A stretch of DNA of 63,247 nt, the filler included, from Licmophora abbreviata (taxonomy: Eukaryota): assembly GCA_900291995.1 (NCBI GenBank). It is 10 parts of 10 records of this genome, joined end to end, with 100 filler letters (N's around TTAATTAATTAA, not from the genome) between each part and the next. Parts side by side here need not be neighbours in the genome. Positions count along the whole stretch, not along the records: positions 1 to 14,253 come from OLMU01004217.1; 9 more parts are not named here. One strand, written 5' to 3'. The stretch's first letter is position 1; every line of letters begins with the position of its first letter. The translations under genes and the position numbers were made by a program. The notes under the pieces are model-generated. The model was not told the DNA's origin and ran no database searches. It worked only from the letters and a program-made list of their open reading frames with translations. Positions 1 to 10,356 of the stretch are shown piece by piece.

Positions 1-210
1 TGCCATCATCAGTCGTGCTTCATCACCCACACGGGAGCGGACGAAAACGAAGAGACAGACAGACGGACCAAGGTGCGTCATTCTGATTGGTTCCGGCGTC
101 CGATTGCGCAGAAGGTCCAGCACAAAAGGCGCGCAGGCGCGCATGTCCAATCCAAGCAGCAGCAGGCGAGGGTTGAAGGTGAGTTCTGTTCCTGCGTGTC
201 TTTGTTGCCA

Positions 211-228
211 ACACACACACACACACAC
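211..228. repeat. (AC)n microsatellite
   Basis: acacacacacacacacac. Confidence 0.9.
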
Positions 229-455
229 AAGTCGTTCGCGTTCCGCCTGGCAATCGTCGACATCATCACCCTCGTCGTCGTCGCAGCCACGACTGTTTGC
301 AGTGTTGCTGTTGTGTGTGGACTGAAAGAAGCACAGTGTCGTCTTCTATCACCTCTCCTCTCTGTACTTTCAGAGCTCTAGAGAGTTTCGTGTTTGTACT
401 TCACGGTATCGTACGACATACGTGCTGACAAAACTGCAAGGTTGAAGAAGGCAGA

Positions 456-2433
456 ATGAGATTTTCACAATGGACGCTCTTGCTCTTGGCAAGCGGCTGT
501 CATCTGCAGTCTCTCTCATTACTCCTCTCATCATCATCTTCGTCACTGCTCGTGTCTGGCTTTGCACGACCTTCTTCTTCTTCTTCTCGACAAAAAGGCA
601 GACTGCTCAGTGCATCCTCGTCGGCACGCGCCATGAGCTCCACTGCGGCACCGCCTTCACTCTCAGAGACCTTGCCTGAAAAGGGAGAAGACGGCATTTA
701 TCACATTCTCAACAAGGAACAGCATCGTCTCTTCTTGGAAGCCAACCCGGACAAGATGGTCGTCATGAAGTTCTTTGCTCCGTACGTACTGCCAGCATTA
801 CTCGTATAGATATCATACGAGAACTGCTGTGTCATGCTTACTCATCTCTCTCTCTCTCTCTATCTCTCTACATTACAGTTGGTGCCGCGCTTGCAAGGGC
901 CTCGAACCCAAATTCTTAAAGATTGTCCACGACCCAGCCTACGAACACTTGCCCTTTGTCTTTTGCGACTTTAGCGTCGCTCACAATCGAGACTTTGTAA
1001 AGTCCCTCGGCGTCCTCGCCCTCCCCAACATTCATATCTACGCGGGTGCCGCCGGCCTGGTGGAGAGCTTTCCCTGTGGACCCTCCAAGGTGCCCATTCT
1101 CAAAAGTAAACTCGTGCAGCTCATCAATGATCGAGTCGATCCCGACACACGATTGTTGATTCAAAATAATGATGCAAAGGCGGAAGAGACGGAGCCCTGT
1201 GCGGAACGCCCGGTCTTGGATTCCACGGGGGTGGTGGAAGAAACGCAGTTGACGGTGGGAGGTGTGCTTGTCAGTCAGGAACTCATGGACTACATGCGAC
1301 ACGATGTTCCCTTCTTCAAAGACTTGAGAGAAGACGAGTTCAAGGGACTCATGCAAAAGGCAAAACTACTCTCCTTTGATCCAGGCAGTGTCATTATGAG
1401 ACAGGGTCGGCCGGGAAGATTGTTTTATGTTATGGAAATGGGTGAAGTCGAAATTTGTGTACAAGCAGCCTTTGAAGATCCCCTCACGACACCTCCGAGC
1501 TACCTTGGAACGGTCATTAACCGCATGGGCAAGAAGAATTACTTTGGAGAACGGGCCTTGATCACCGGAGAACCGCGGGCAGCTAGTATTCGCTCTTCGG
1601 GCAAGACAAGGGCTTTTGCCTTTGACATTGATGATATCCCGTCATCGTCGATTTTGTCTGGAACCAAGCAGGTGACGGATGAGTACATGCAAAAACTGAA
1701 TGATCGCTATGATTATGATTTTTACAACATTGACATGATCAGTGATCAGTTCAAGGCAGCCAACATTGGAAATCAAGTGCGTGGGTCCGTCAACAGGCCC
1801 CAAAAGATTGTAGGAGTCGATGTAGAGCCGGAAGAGAGCTTTATGGAAATTTCAGAAAAGGACAAGGAGATCATCTTGCCGTTGCTATTGCGGTTTCGAA
1901 TGGTGCGCCATGCCGCACGCTGTTTCAATTACATCGTCAGCACTCATCCCCTCCTTGGTGATCCCGGCGAGATTCGGCGGCGAAGCATGTTGGTTTCCAA
2001 GCTAACGGAAGCGCAAAAGGAGGAATTCCGGGATCTCTTTCACTTGATTGACCGCGATGGAAATGGCCGCATTGAGTTGTTGGAGCTAAAGCGCGTCATG
2101 GAAAGCGTTGGCGAAGTCAAAACGGACGAGGAACTCTTGCAAATGATCAACAAAGGAAATGTTGCGCTGGACGGAAACCAAGAAATCCTGTTTGTCGACT
2201 TTATGGGTATCATGGCAGAGGCGGAGTTCTACGAGCTGTTCAAGGACACCTTTAGCGCTCTGGATACGCACAACTCAGGTTTTGTCAGAGCAGCCGAGTT
2301 GGACCGAGTACTCTGCGGTATGAGAGATTTGATCAGTGATGACCGAAAGAGCATAATCGATGTGGAGGAAGACAACGACATGCTGATTGACTATGAACAG
2401 TTTTCCAAGATGCTCTTGGGGACACACGTGTAG
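456..2433 (+). CDS. Thioredoxin (WCRAC) + cyclic-nucleotide-binding domain + EF-hand fusion protein with a probable bipartite plastid-targeting N-terminus; exons 456-781 and 879-2433
   Basis: GT-AG intron 782-878 joins VMKFFAP to WCRACK. CNB phosphate-binding cassette YFGERALITGEPRAASI. EF-hand loops DRDGNGRIELLE and DTHNSGFVRAAE. Hydrophobic N-terminus followed by VSG-FARP and a Ser/Arg-rich stretch. Confidence 0.85.
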
Positions 2434-2582
2434 TAATAGAAGTTGCGAGAAAAGATATGGAACGACTTCCATTCGTATGATATCTAGGTCTGTTCGTACC
2501 GGTATTGCTCCTTTTTCAGCTTATAACGAAGATAGGTATGAAAGTATGGTATCGGCTACTACTAGACTGTTTTAGAGCGCCG

Positions 2583-3839
2583 TCACCGCAAGCTACCATA
2601 GTCAATGGCGGCAGGAAAGGCTCGGAGTAGATCATAGACAACCGTGAGTTGCAAGAGGTCATCCTGTTCCCTGGCCTCGTTCAGAAGCGTCTGCTGCGAC
2701 GAACTTGCTAAAAATCTATACATGCCACCAATCGTCTGACATGCCCGTCGCTTGGCATGAGCATGGGCGACCGCTGGATCGTGTGGGATGGCCGCCAAGG
2801 CAAACGAACTCAGACCAGGCCATGACGTTCCATCATCATCATCATCATCACCACTTGCTCCATACAAGGCCGCAGGATATGCATCCATCAAGGTCTGAAT
2901 TGTGGCTTGGGAAGTATTCCCGCTCGCCAGGGCCACATTCAAGGGCAAACGTCCGTTGCAATTGGTGCGCCGAGCGGCATGGGGGTACGCATCCAGCAGC
3001 GCTCGGAGGATCGGAGGACATGGATGCTCATCTTCGTAGACAATGTTGGTCGTGAAGGCCGCTCTTGCCGCGACATGCAAGGGGAGATTTCCGTCTTGGT
3101 CTACAGTGTCGAGTTGATCGGGAAAGAGGGAGACTGCAAGTCTTGCAATGATCGGTGGACATCCCACCAGTGCCAAGGCGTGCAAGACTCGAAAAGATTT
3201 TCGAGGAGGATGGCTGTCTTGGAGTATTGTAGTGGAAGGAGACATGTTTGCATCGATAGTGTCAAGAGTCGCAGCTGCCATGAGGATCTTCTCCATGTCG
3301 AACCAAAGTGCGGCTACCGTTTCCACTGCACTAGAAAGAGGGGAATCGTCATGATGAAGTTCGTTCTTGAGTGATGACATAGAGTATGAGACACGCCTCT
3401 CGTGCAAGTCTTCGAGTCGATCTCGGATGACGACACGCAACGACTGGTGCTCACGTAGTTGGGTCATGCATGTTTCCATCGCATCCTGGACACGCTGCGC
3501 AGTCTCCTTGACTTCCAATGATTGCCATGGAAATGGATTGAGGTGTCGTCGGAACCAAAGATCAATGCACGAGTGTCCTACATCGGTTCTCATATGGACA
3601 AGGTCATGTGGACAATCCGCCTGCGACGACAAGAGCCGGAGCCATTCGTGGGTGCTGCGGTGACTGGCGCCAAAATGCAGAGCCGTCCAGCCGACGGCGT
3701 TGGGGTGCCAGAGAATCCCTGGATTCTTTGAGACTAAGGAGAGTGCTCTCTCCAAGCTTTCCTTGCCACGGATGGTGGCGTGGAGCTCTCCCATCGTCTG
3801 TCGTGGCAACAAGGCATCCGTATGATGTGTCTGAGCCAT
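2583..3839 (-). CDS. Ankyrin-repeat protein
   Basis: 418-aa ORF with ankyrin-like units GWTALHFGA, GNLPLHVAA and GRLPLNVAL. Confidence 0.75.
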   Translation of the reverse strand: MAQTHHTDALLPRQTMGELHATIRGKESLERALSLVSKNPGILWHPNAVGWTALHFGASHRSTHEWLRLLSSQADCPHDLVHMRTDVGHSCIDLWFRRHLNPFPWQSLEVKETAQRVQDAMETCMTQLREHQSLRVVIRDRLEDLHERRVSYSMSSLKNELHHDDSPLSSAVETVAALWFDMEKILMAAATLDTIDANMSPSTTILQDSHPPRKSFRVLHALALVGCPPIIARLAVSLFPDQLDTVDQDGNLPLHVAARAAFTTNIVYEDEHPCPPILRALLDAYPHAARRTNCNGRLPLNVALASGNTSQATIQTLMDAYPAALYGASGDDDDDDGTSWPGLSSFALAAIPHDPAVAHAHAKRRACQTIGGMYRFLASSSQQTLLNEAREQDDLLQLTVVYDLLRAFPAAIDYGSLR

Positions 3840-4177
3840 TTTGTGTCAGTGGTACGAAACTGAACTTGGGCGGATCTGGATCTGGTTTTCTTCAACAACA
3901 ACAAAAACTGGGTTTTCTCTAGCCTCTTTTGTAAGAGGTATACATTGATCTGGGCTTCCGCTCCTTGGACCTTTGCGTTCGCTCAGTGTGTTTGTCACTG
4001 TTCTTCTTTATGTTCGATGAGATCCCATCGTATGATACCTGTACCGGGGTACTTCTGTACGTCCGTCGACCGTTATCGCGCGCCAAAAGAAGTCTGTCAT
4101 TGTCCACACCATGGCGCTACTGTTACACCTTTTATTATCATACTCGCGTCGAAGAGAACAGCTGCATCTCTTTCAAA

Positions 4178-5062
4178 ATGACAGCTCTTAGTGGCGGTGT
4201 CAGCAACAAGACTGTTTGCAAAGGATGCGGAGTGGAGTTTCCTTCGAGAAATGCCGTCTTTCGCCACTTGAACGAGACCGACGCCGCGTGTCTCTCTCCC
4301 ACGGACCTGCAGGACTTTTCCGAACACTTGCGTCAATCCGCGAAACCAAAGACCAAAGCAGAACGCTTGCTTCCAGTTCTAGAGATTCCACTGACTGTTC
4401 ACTTTGAAGATAACCACATCGCTGTCGTCTACAAGCCCGCAGGCATCTCCGTGTCGGGCTGGGAACCCTGCAATCGCAAAAGAACCCTCGACATGGCCTT
4501 GCCTTACAATCTAAAGCCGTCCAGCGATCCCGACGCCCTTCCGCAGCCCCGCCCCGTGCATCGTCTCGATAAGCCCACGCAGGGTCTCCTGCTCGTTGCC
4601 AAGACATTTCAAGCTCGCGTGCGGCTCAGCGATGCCTTTGCGCAGAACCAGATTCAGAAGCGATATCAAGCCATCGTCTTGGGATGCCCGTCGGAACAAC
4701 AGGGCAACCTCTCCCAGCCGATCTCCGACAAGGCTGCGTCCACGGACTATACGAGAATTCGAACTGTTTCGTCGCTTCGTTCCGGTCAACTCACTCTCAT
4801 CGACCTCCGCCCTCAAACTGGCCGAAAGCATCAGCTACGGATACACTGTGCGGCGATGGGACATGCAATACACGGTGACAAGCAGTATGGGCCAGAAGGA
4901 AAGACAATTCTTCACAAGGGCCTCTTCCTGGCTGCTCTGGGGCTATGCTTTCGGCATCCACTGACTCGGGAAGAGATTGTTATCCAACTGGACGCACCGT
5001 ACAAATTTCAGGCCGTGTTGGAACGAGAGCAGCGGCTGCACGATGAATGGGGCGGTTCTTGA
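4178..5062 (+). CDS. RluA-family RNA pseudouridine synthase with an N-terminal C2H2-like zinc finger
   Basis: Motifs YKPAG, HRLD (catalytic Asp), TGRKHQLRIH and GDKQYG. N-terminal CKGC...FPSRNAVFRHL. First ATG at 4178. Confidence 0.9.
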   Translation: MTALSGGVSNKTVCKGCGVEFPSRNAVFRHLNETDAACLSPTDLQDFSEHLRQSAKPKTKAERLLPVLEIPLTVHFEDNHIAVVYKPAGISVSGWEPCNRKRTLDMALPYNLKPSSDPDALPQPRPVHRLDKPTQGLLLVAKTFQARVRLSDAFAQNQIQKRYQAIVLGCPSEQQGNLSQPISDKAASTDYTRIRTVSSLRSGQLTLIDLRPQTGRKHQLRIHCAAMGHAIHGDKQYGPEGKTILHKGLFLAALGLCFRHPLTREEIVIQLDAPYKFQAVLEREQRLHDEWGGS

Positions 5063-5155
5063 CATATCTTCCTATTTCTTACAAAGCTACGAATTCTCAA
5101 GTCCATCGGTCATAATCTCTTTGTGAGCTTGTGCGAGTCATCGTGGCTTTCATCC

Positions 5156-6805
5156 TCACTCTTCATCTGGGTTCCCTTCTGGAAACACACCGTACACCTC
5201 GGAAGGCTCCGGCTCCTCGATCGCCCACAGATCCTCCTGAAGCTTGGCGAACTTCTCCCGTCTCTCCTCTGGGATTTCCTCCTGCACATTGAGAGTTCGC
5301 AGATAATCGAAAGGATCACGACTGAGATCGTACCGCTGCTCGGAAGTGGCATACATATCCTCAAACGGTTGGTTCAAGTCATAGTCGAACGCGCTGTTCC
5401 ACCAGCCGTTGAAGGTCAGTCTCTTTTCCATGGCATGTGGTGAGACTTTCGTCACGAAGTGCAGCGTGTCGGGCTGCACGACAAAGAGAGACAGGGTGTT
5501 GAAGGATGCATGCTGGTAAGCATTGTAGGTGAGCTCGGGCGCCCAGTAGAGACCGCCGCCCCATTCTGGACGCCAGTTGTGGCTCAGGTGCCACACGAAT
5601 GCCACCGTCCTTTCGTCTTTGAAGTCCGTGTGTGGCATGGAGTAGTCTCCCGGCATGTAGTAGCTAGGTGATCCAGTGATTTCTCCGCGACAGTCGCGCT
5701 TTGTCAAATTCGAAATGAATTGCTTGGATTCGGGGCAGTCAAACATATCGTAGGCATCGTTCATCATGTCGCTGTAATCTTCCTTTTCGTACACATTGTG
5801 ATGGTTATAGGTAAATCCATCGTCGCTGTACACCTGATGCAGCCGCCAGTTCTTGGTCTGGGATAGATCATAGTGCATGGCTTCAGCAAACTCAGGGATG
5901 AAGGCATCACGGATCACCACAACTTCGCCCTTTCGCAGCCTCCGTCCGATCTCCTGAAAGGTCTCAGGGTCTTCCATCAGTTTGGGATTAAGATATTCCT
6001 GGAAGGGCACACCCGGTTCGAGCTTGAAGGATGGCACGTCCTGGGGCTCAAATCTTCGCAACAGATCTCCAGTGACATCTTCCAGGACTTGACCATCATC
6101 GCGACTGACATAAACATCAAAAGTGCCATCCTTGTGTACGCTGTTGATTCTGGCCGGGTAAAAGTAATCTTCGGAAGAATACTCGAGCAACTCGTGTTGC
6201 TCTGGAAGGTCGTAAGGACGAATGTTCCGTAATGGAACCTGCTCGTTTGTCTTATCCAAGGCGTACTCGATCCAAAAGCTCTTTCCTTCCTCCTCCACTG
6301 CCTTGACGGTTGCCTTGTACCAATAGCTGTCTTCCGGGTCCTCCGTGTCGTCAACATGAACTTGGTGCAAAACTTCCACAATGGAGCCAACCTCGAGGTA
6401 GGGCACCTCTTCGGGAGCGTTATAAATTCCATCGTTGTTGTTGGGGCAGGTGGGACGCTCTTGTAGGGCAGAATTGGTTCCTTGAAAGAGTCGAATGAGA
6501 GGTTCGTGTACGTAGGTCTTGTGGACTGTCTGCATCCAGGTGGAAGAGACGTAGGGTCCCAGGAGAAGAGTCCATGGGATGAGCATTAAAAGTGCAACAA
6601 TCCACCGTGACCCCAAGGAGAGACCCTTGCCGTTTCGTTCGTGCTTGGAGATAGAGTCGTCGTCCTCGTCGAGTCTGATGAGTGCCGAAGGAGAGTTCGG
6701 ATTGGTGTCCATGTCTACTTTTTCTTTGGAGCTTATTATAGTGTCCCGTCGTTGCTCGTCCTCCAAAGCAGGGTTCTGTGTAGTTTCTTCCGTGTCCGTG
6801 GACAT
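5156..6805 (-). CDS. Single-TM protein with two Tudor/Agenet-like segments and a C-terminal 2OG-Fe(II) dioxygenase domain (prolyl-hydroxylase-like)
   Basis: HTD...H iron triad (YSMPHTD, TLHFV), RPEWGGGL and KRLTFNGW. TM segment WIVALLMLIPWTLLLG. Tudor-like LEVGSIVEV...YWYKATVKAV and YFYPARINSVHKDGTFDV. Confidence 0.8.
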   Translation of the reverse strand: MSTDTEETTQNPALEDEQRRDTIISSKEKVDMDTNPNSPSALIRLDEDDDSISKHERNGKGLSLGSRWIVALLMLIPWTLLLGPYVSSTWMQTVHKTYVHEPLIRLFQGTNSALQERPTCPNNNDGIYNAPEEVPYLEVGSIVEVLHQVHVDDTEDPEDSYWYKATVKAVEEEGKSFWIEYALDKTNEQVPLRNIRPYDLPEQHELLEYSSEDYFYPARINSVHKDGTFDVYVSRDDGQVLEDVTGDLLRRFEPQDVPSFKLEPGVPFQEYLNPKLMEDPETFQEIGRRLRKGEVVVIRDAFIPEFAEAMHYDLSQTKNWRLHQVYSDDGFTYNHHNVYEKEDYSDMMNDAYDMFDCPESKQFISNLTKRDCRGEITGSPSYYMPGDYSMPHTDFKDERTVAFVWHLSHNWRPEWGGGLYWAPELTYNAYQHASFNTLSLFVVQPDTLHFVTKVSPHAMEKRLTFNGWWNSAFDYDLNQPFEDMYATSEQRYDLSRDPFDYLRTLNVQEEIPEERREKFAKLQEDLWAIEEPEPSEVYGVFPEGNPDEE

Positions 6806-7166
6806 GCTGGTGACTGTTGCAGACTCTCTTTCTCTCTCCAATACAAACGATCAATAGTGAACACTCGCTCCTTGTGACCTTGTGTGCTTGCTTGTGTGAA
6901 CCATGCGAGCGCCGCAATCTTGTAGACGCTTTTACAAGTTGTTTTCTGTTTTTTGAAGTTTTGGGCAGGGGCAATAATCGACTGACTCGACTCATTCGAC
7001 TTGATGGACTGACATCGAGTTCGAAAAAAGTTGGATCAAAAAAAGCGAAACAGACAACAGAAAACAGACCTCTCTCTCAAGGATGGTGTCAGATACATCA
7101 GTTTCAAGTTGTTGTTATTCTGTACCACCAATCTTCTGAACAACAAATAGAAGAGGAAGAAGAACA

Positions 7167-9524
7167 ATGAGCAGCAGCAGTTCACGTCACCACACAAAAA
7201 CAAGTTCAAACGGACGTCCGTCGTACAAGCGACTTGAGAGTGGGACCTTTCACAGCCAGGGCGAATTGCCTCGCCTTCCGATTCCTACGCTCGATGAGAC
7301 GCTCGACAAGCTCTGCAAAGTCCTCCATGCACTGCAGGACTCTCACCAACGGGAGGAAACGAAGCGGATCATTGAAGACTTTCGGGATGGCGATGGAGCC
7401 AAACTACAGGATCTCCTGGAGCAGTACGACGAGCAAGGTAGCAAAGATGCTTCGCTCGGAAGTTACGTCGAGCACTTCTGGAACGAGTCCTACTTGGCGC
7501 CAGATCAGAGCGTTGTTCTCAACTTGAACCCATTCTTCGTTTTGGAGGACGGACCTGATCCCAAGGTTAGCAAGGATCCCGTTCTAAGAGCTGCGTCGCT
7601 TTGCTTCGCCAGTGTCAAGTACGCTTCCCTCCTTCGTCGCGAAATGCTCGAGCCCGACATTTTCAAGGGCAAACCGCTCTGCATGGATCAGTTCTTGAGC
7701 CTTTTTGGCAGCTGTCGCATTCCGGAAAAGGGATCTGCGGATGCCGTGGCTGTATATCCGGATTCTTCCCATGTTTGTGTCATGAGTCGGTCGCAGCTGT
7801 ACTACTTTCAAGTCCTCTGGCCCGACGGTAGTGTAGCGGTAGATGTCAATGACATTGCCGATATTCTACATGCCATCCTCAGAAATTCCAAGCACACGGC
7901 CCTCGAAGAGGCGGGAAAGCACTGTTTGGGTGTGCTCACGAGCTTGCCGCGACAGGAATGGGCAACAGCCCGGGATGATATGATTGTGTCGTCCAAACGA
8001 AATGACGAGTGCCTCCAGATTATCGACTCCAGTCTATTCATGCTTGTGCTAGACGACTATGTGCCGGAAGATGTCAAAGAAACGGCGGCCAACATGTTGC
8101 ACGGAACATACAAGCTGCAGAAAGGAAGTGATGGCGTCGACTACCAGGTCGGAACTTCTTGCAACCGTTGGTATGACAAACTTCAAATTATCGTCTGCGG
8201 CGACGGTTCGGCGGGTATAAACTTTGAGCACAGCGCCATTGACGGTCATACGGCTCTCCGGTTCGTATCAGATATCTTTGCCGAGACGGTGGTTAACTTT
8301 GCCCAGTCAATTACCAGAAGCATTGGACAAGACATCCCGCACGTGGTACATGCCAAAGTGCAACGTGCGGCTCTTGTTTTGAATGAACAAGGTTTTCCTC
8401 GCCTCGACGTCTTTCCCAAGAAACTCATTATGGACATCCCTACGAGTGTCAAGGAGCGAATCTACTACGCCGAAACCGCGCTCGGGGATCAGATTGTTTC
8501 CAGTGACACACGCGTTCTGGAGTTTAGAGGATATGGGAAAGCGCTTATCGTTGCGAACAAGATGAGGTGAGTGAAGGGGAAAGAATGTTTTGCGTGTCGT
8601 CGTTGGAGCTAGATGTGGAACTTACGACCGTTTCTTTTCTGATGCTTTAGCCCCGACTCTTTTGCACAAATGAGTATGATGCTGGCGTACTTTCGCCTCT
8701 ACGGAAAGATTGTTTGCATGTACGAGCCTGTGCTGACGAAGCAGTTCTATCACGGAAGAACGGAGGCAATGAGAACTGCGACTCCAGAGGCCACCGAGTT
8801 TTGCAAAGTGTTCTGCAGTAGGTTTTCCTCGCCAGAAGACAAGCTGGTGAGTCTCAGGAAAGCGACAGAAGAACACTCGCGTCTCGTCAAGGAGTCGGCC
8901 ATGGGAAAAGGAGTGGACCGCCACCTTTTTGCGTTGCAATGCATTGCTAAAAGGCATGGAATGGAGACACCCGAGTTCTTTCGGTCCAAACCCTGGGAGA
9001 TGCTGAATCACACAGTCCTATCAACTTCAAATTGTGGAAATCCATCGCTTCGACTCTTTGGCTTTGGTCCCGTTGTGCCTGATGGGTTTGGCATAGGCTA
9101 TATCATCAAAAACCATGGCTTCCATTTCAGTGTGTCGTCGAAGCATCGTCAAACGCGGCGCTACGTTCACACTCTCGAGACAACACTCATGGAACTGAAG
9201 GAGCTTTTCCACCCCATCGCTAGTGTCGAAGTAGAAGAAGTGGCACGAAAGACTCTTATGGGCCTCGAAGAGCCTCCAAGTCCTATTGCGAACGAATACG
9301 GAGGGATGTTTGGGAATGACAACCACTCGTTCGATGTTGTCAACGCGCCTGCGCTGCCAGTAAACATGCAAGGCTCAAGTTCGTCACAGTCCAAGTATTT
9401 AGCTCCGACGATCAAACGAAGCTCGTTACACCAGAAGATGCGTGACATTGGGATCCCTGTTGATTTGAAAACATCGATCGAGCCCGAAGGAGAGCCCCAC
9501 ACCAGGCTCTCAACAGCATCGTAA
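7167..9524 (+). CDS. Carnitine/choline O-acyltransferase; exons 7167-8566 and 8651-9524
   Basis: LPRLPIPTLDETL, NRWYDKLQ, catalytic EHSAIDG, SPDSFAQM (formed across the GT-AG intron 8567-8650), FYHGRTEAMR, GKGVDRHL, LSTSN and GFGPVVPDGFGIGY. Confidence 0.93.
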
Positions 9525-9611
9525 GGAGGCAGCTTGATAACTGTGAATATCACGATTGACTTTTAATAAAATACGAAGTACTATATTTTTTCCATAACGA
9601 GACGGATAAAT

Positions 9612-10052
9612 CTATGCGGATTGAACTGGCCTTTCTTCTCCCTTGTTCGAAACCTTTTCGGGGGCTGCGATGCGTCGTTCTTCGAGCATGATGGCTCCGA
9701 TTTGTTCTAGCGCAGCAGCTCGCTTTCGAGTAAGACGGACTTTTTTACGTTCCATGAGCAAACGGTATTGCGTCTGTTGATCTAAAACCCAGTCCGCCAA
9801 AGCTGAGTCGTCCTCTCCCTTGACATTACAATGTCCATGCTCTTCCTTGTAGCGAAGCAGATCGTCGAAATGGCGCTGCCACTTGTCCCCCTGATGGCCC
9901 AACACTTTTTTCGTTTGTTTCTTCGCCTCTAGTACAGATCGAAAAGAGCACGAGCCTGGACTTCTTAGTAGAAATGCTCGGACATTTGTTGTGGCATGGA
10001 GCCAACAAACTAGCGTGATGAAGCACAACAGAAGACGTCGTTCCCCCACCAT
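9612..10052 (-). CDS. Small helicase-associated (HA) domain protein with a signal peptide (possibly plastid-targeted)
   Basis: KWQRHFDDLLRYKEEHGHCNV...LADWV..Q..QY...LT..R...LEQIG fits the HA domain pattern. N-terminus LLLCFITLVCWLHA...VRA-FLL. Confidence 0.8.
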   Translation of the reverse strand: MVGERRLLLCFITLVCWLHATTNVRAFLLRSPGSCSFRSVLEAKKQTKKVLGHQGDKWQRHFDDLLRYKEEHGHCNVKGEDDSALADWVLDQQTQYRLLMERKKVRLTRKRAAALEQIGAIMLEERRIAAPEKVSNKGEERPVQSA

Positions 10053-10356
10053 GATGATATCGACAGCACAATAAGGGCGCGAAAATGGAAATGTCAATCT
10101 AATTTTGAAGGGCGCACCGCGCCTCAACATCGTGACGCGGACAGACGGACAGAGTCGATGGATTTTTCATCTTTTCGAGCTCTTTTTGGTCGTTTTTCTT
10201 TTGTTTTTGTTTTTTGTTTTTCACCATTCCCATGTATTTTTTCTGCATCAGAGTTTCATCCCTCTTCCCTCTGAGGGGTACCGGCTGCCATACAGATATC
10301 TCAGAGGTCAGGGAGTTGTGGGCTGCGGAGTGAAGAGACGGGGACTGAGCGATGTC

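Noticed and set aside
2705..3055. ORF with a poly-His tract
   Set aside because: It is the antisense reading of the (GAT)n poly-Asp codons in the ankyrin gene.
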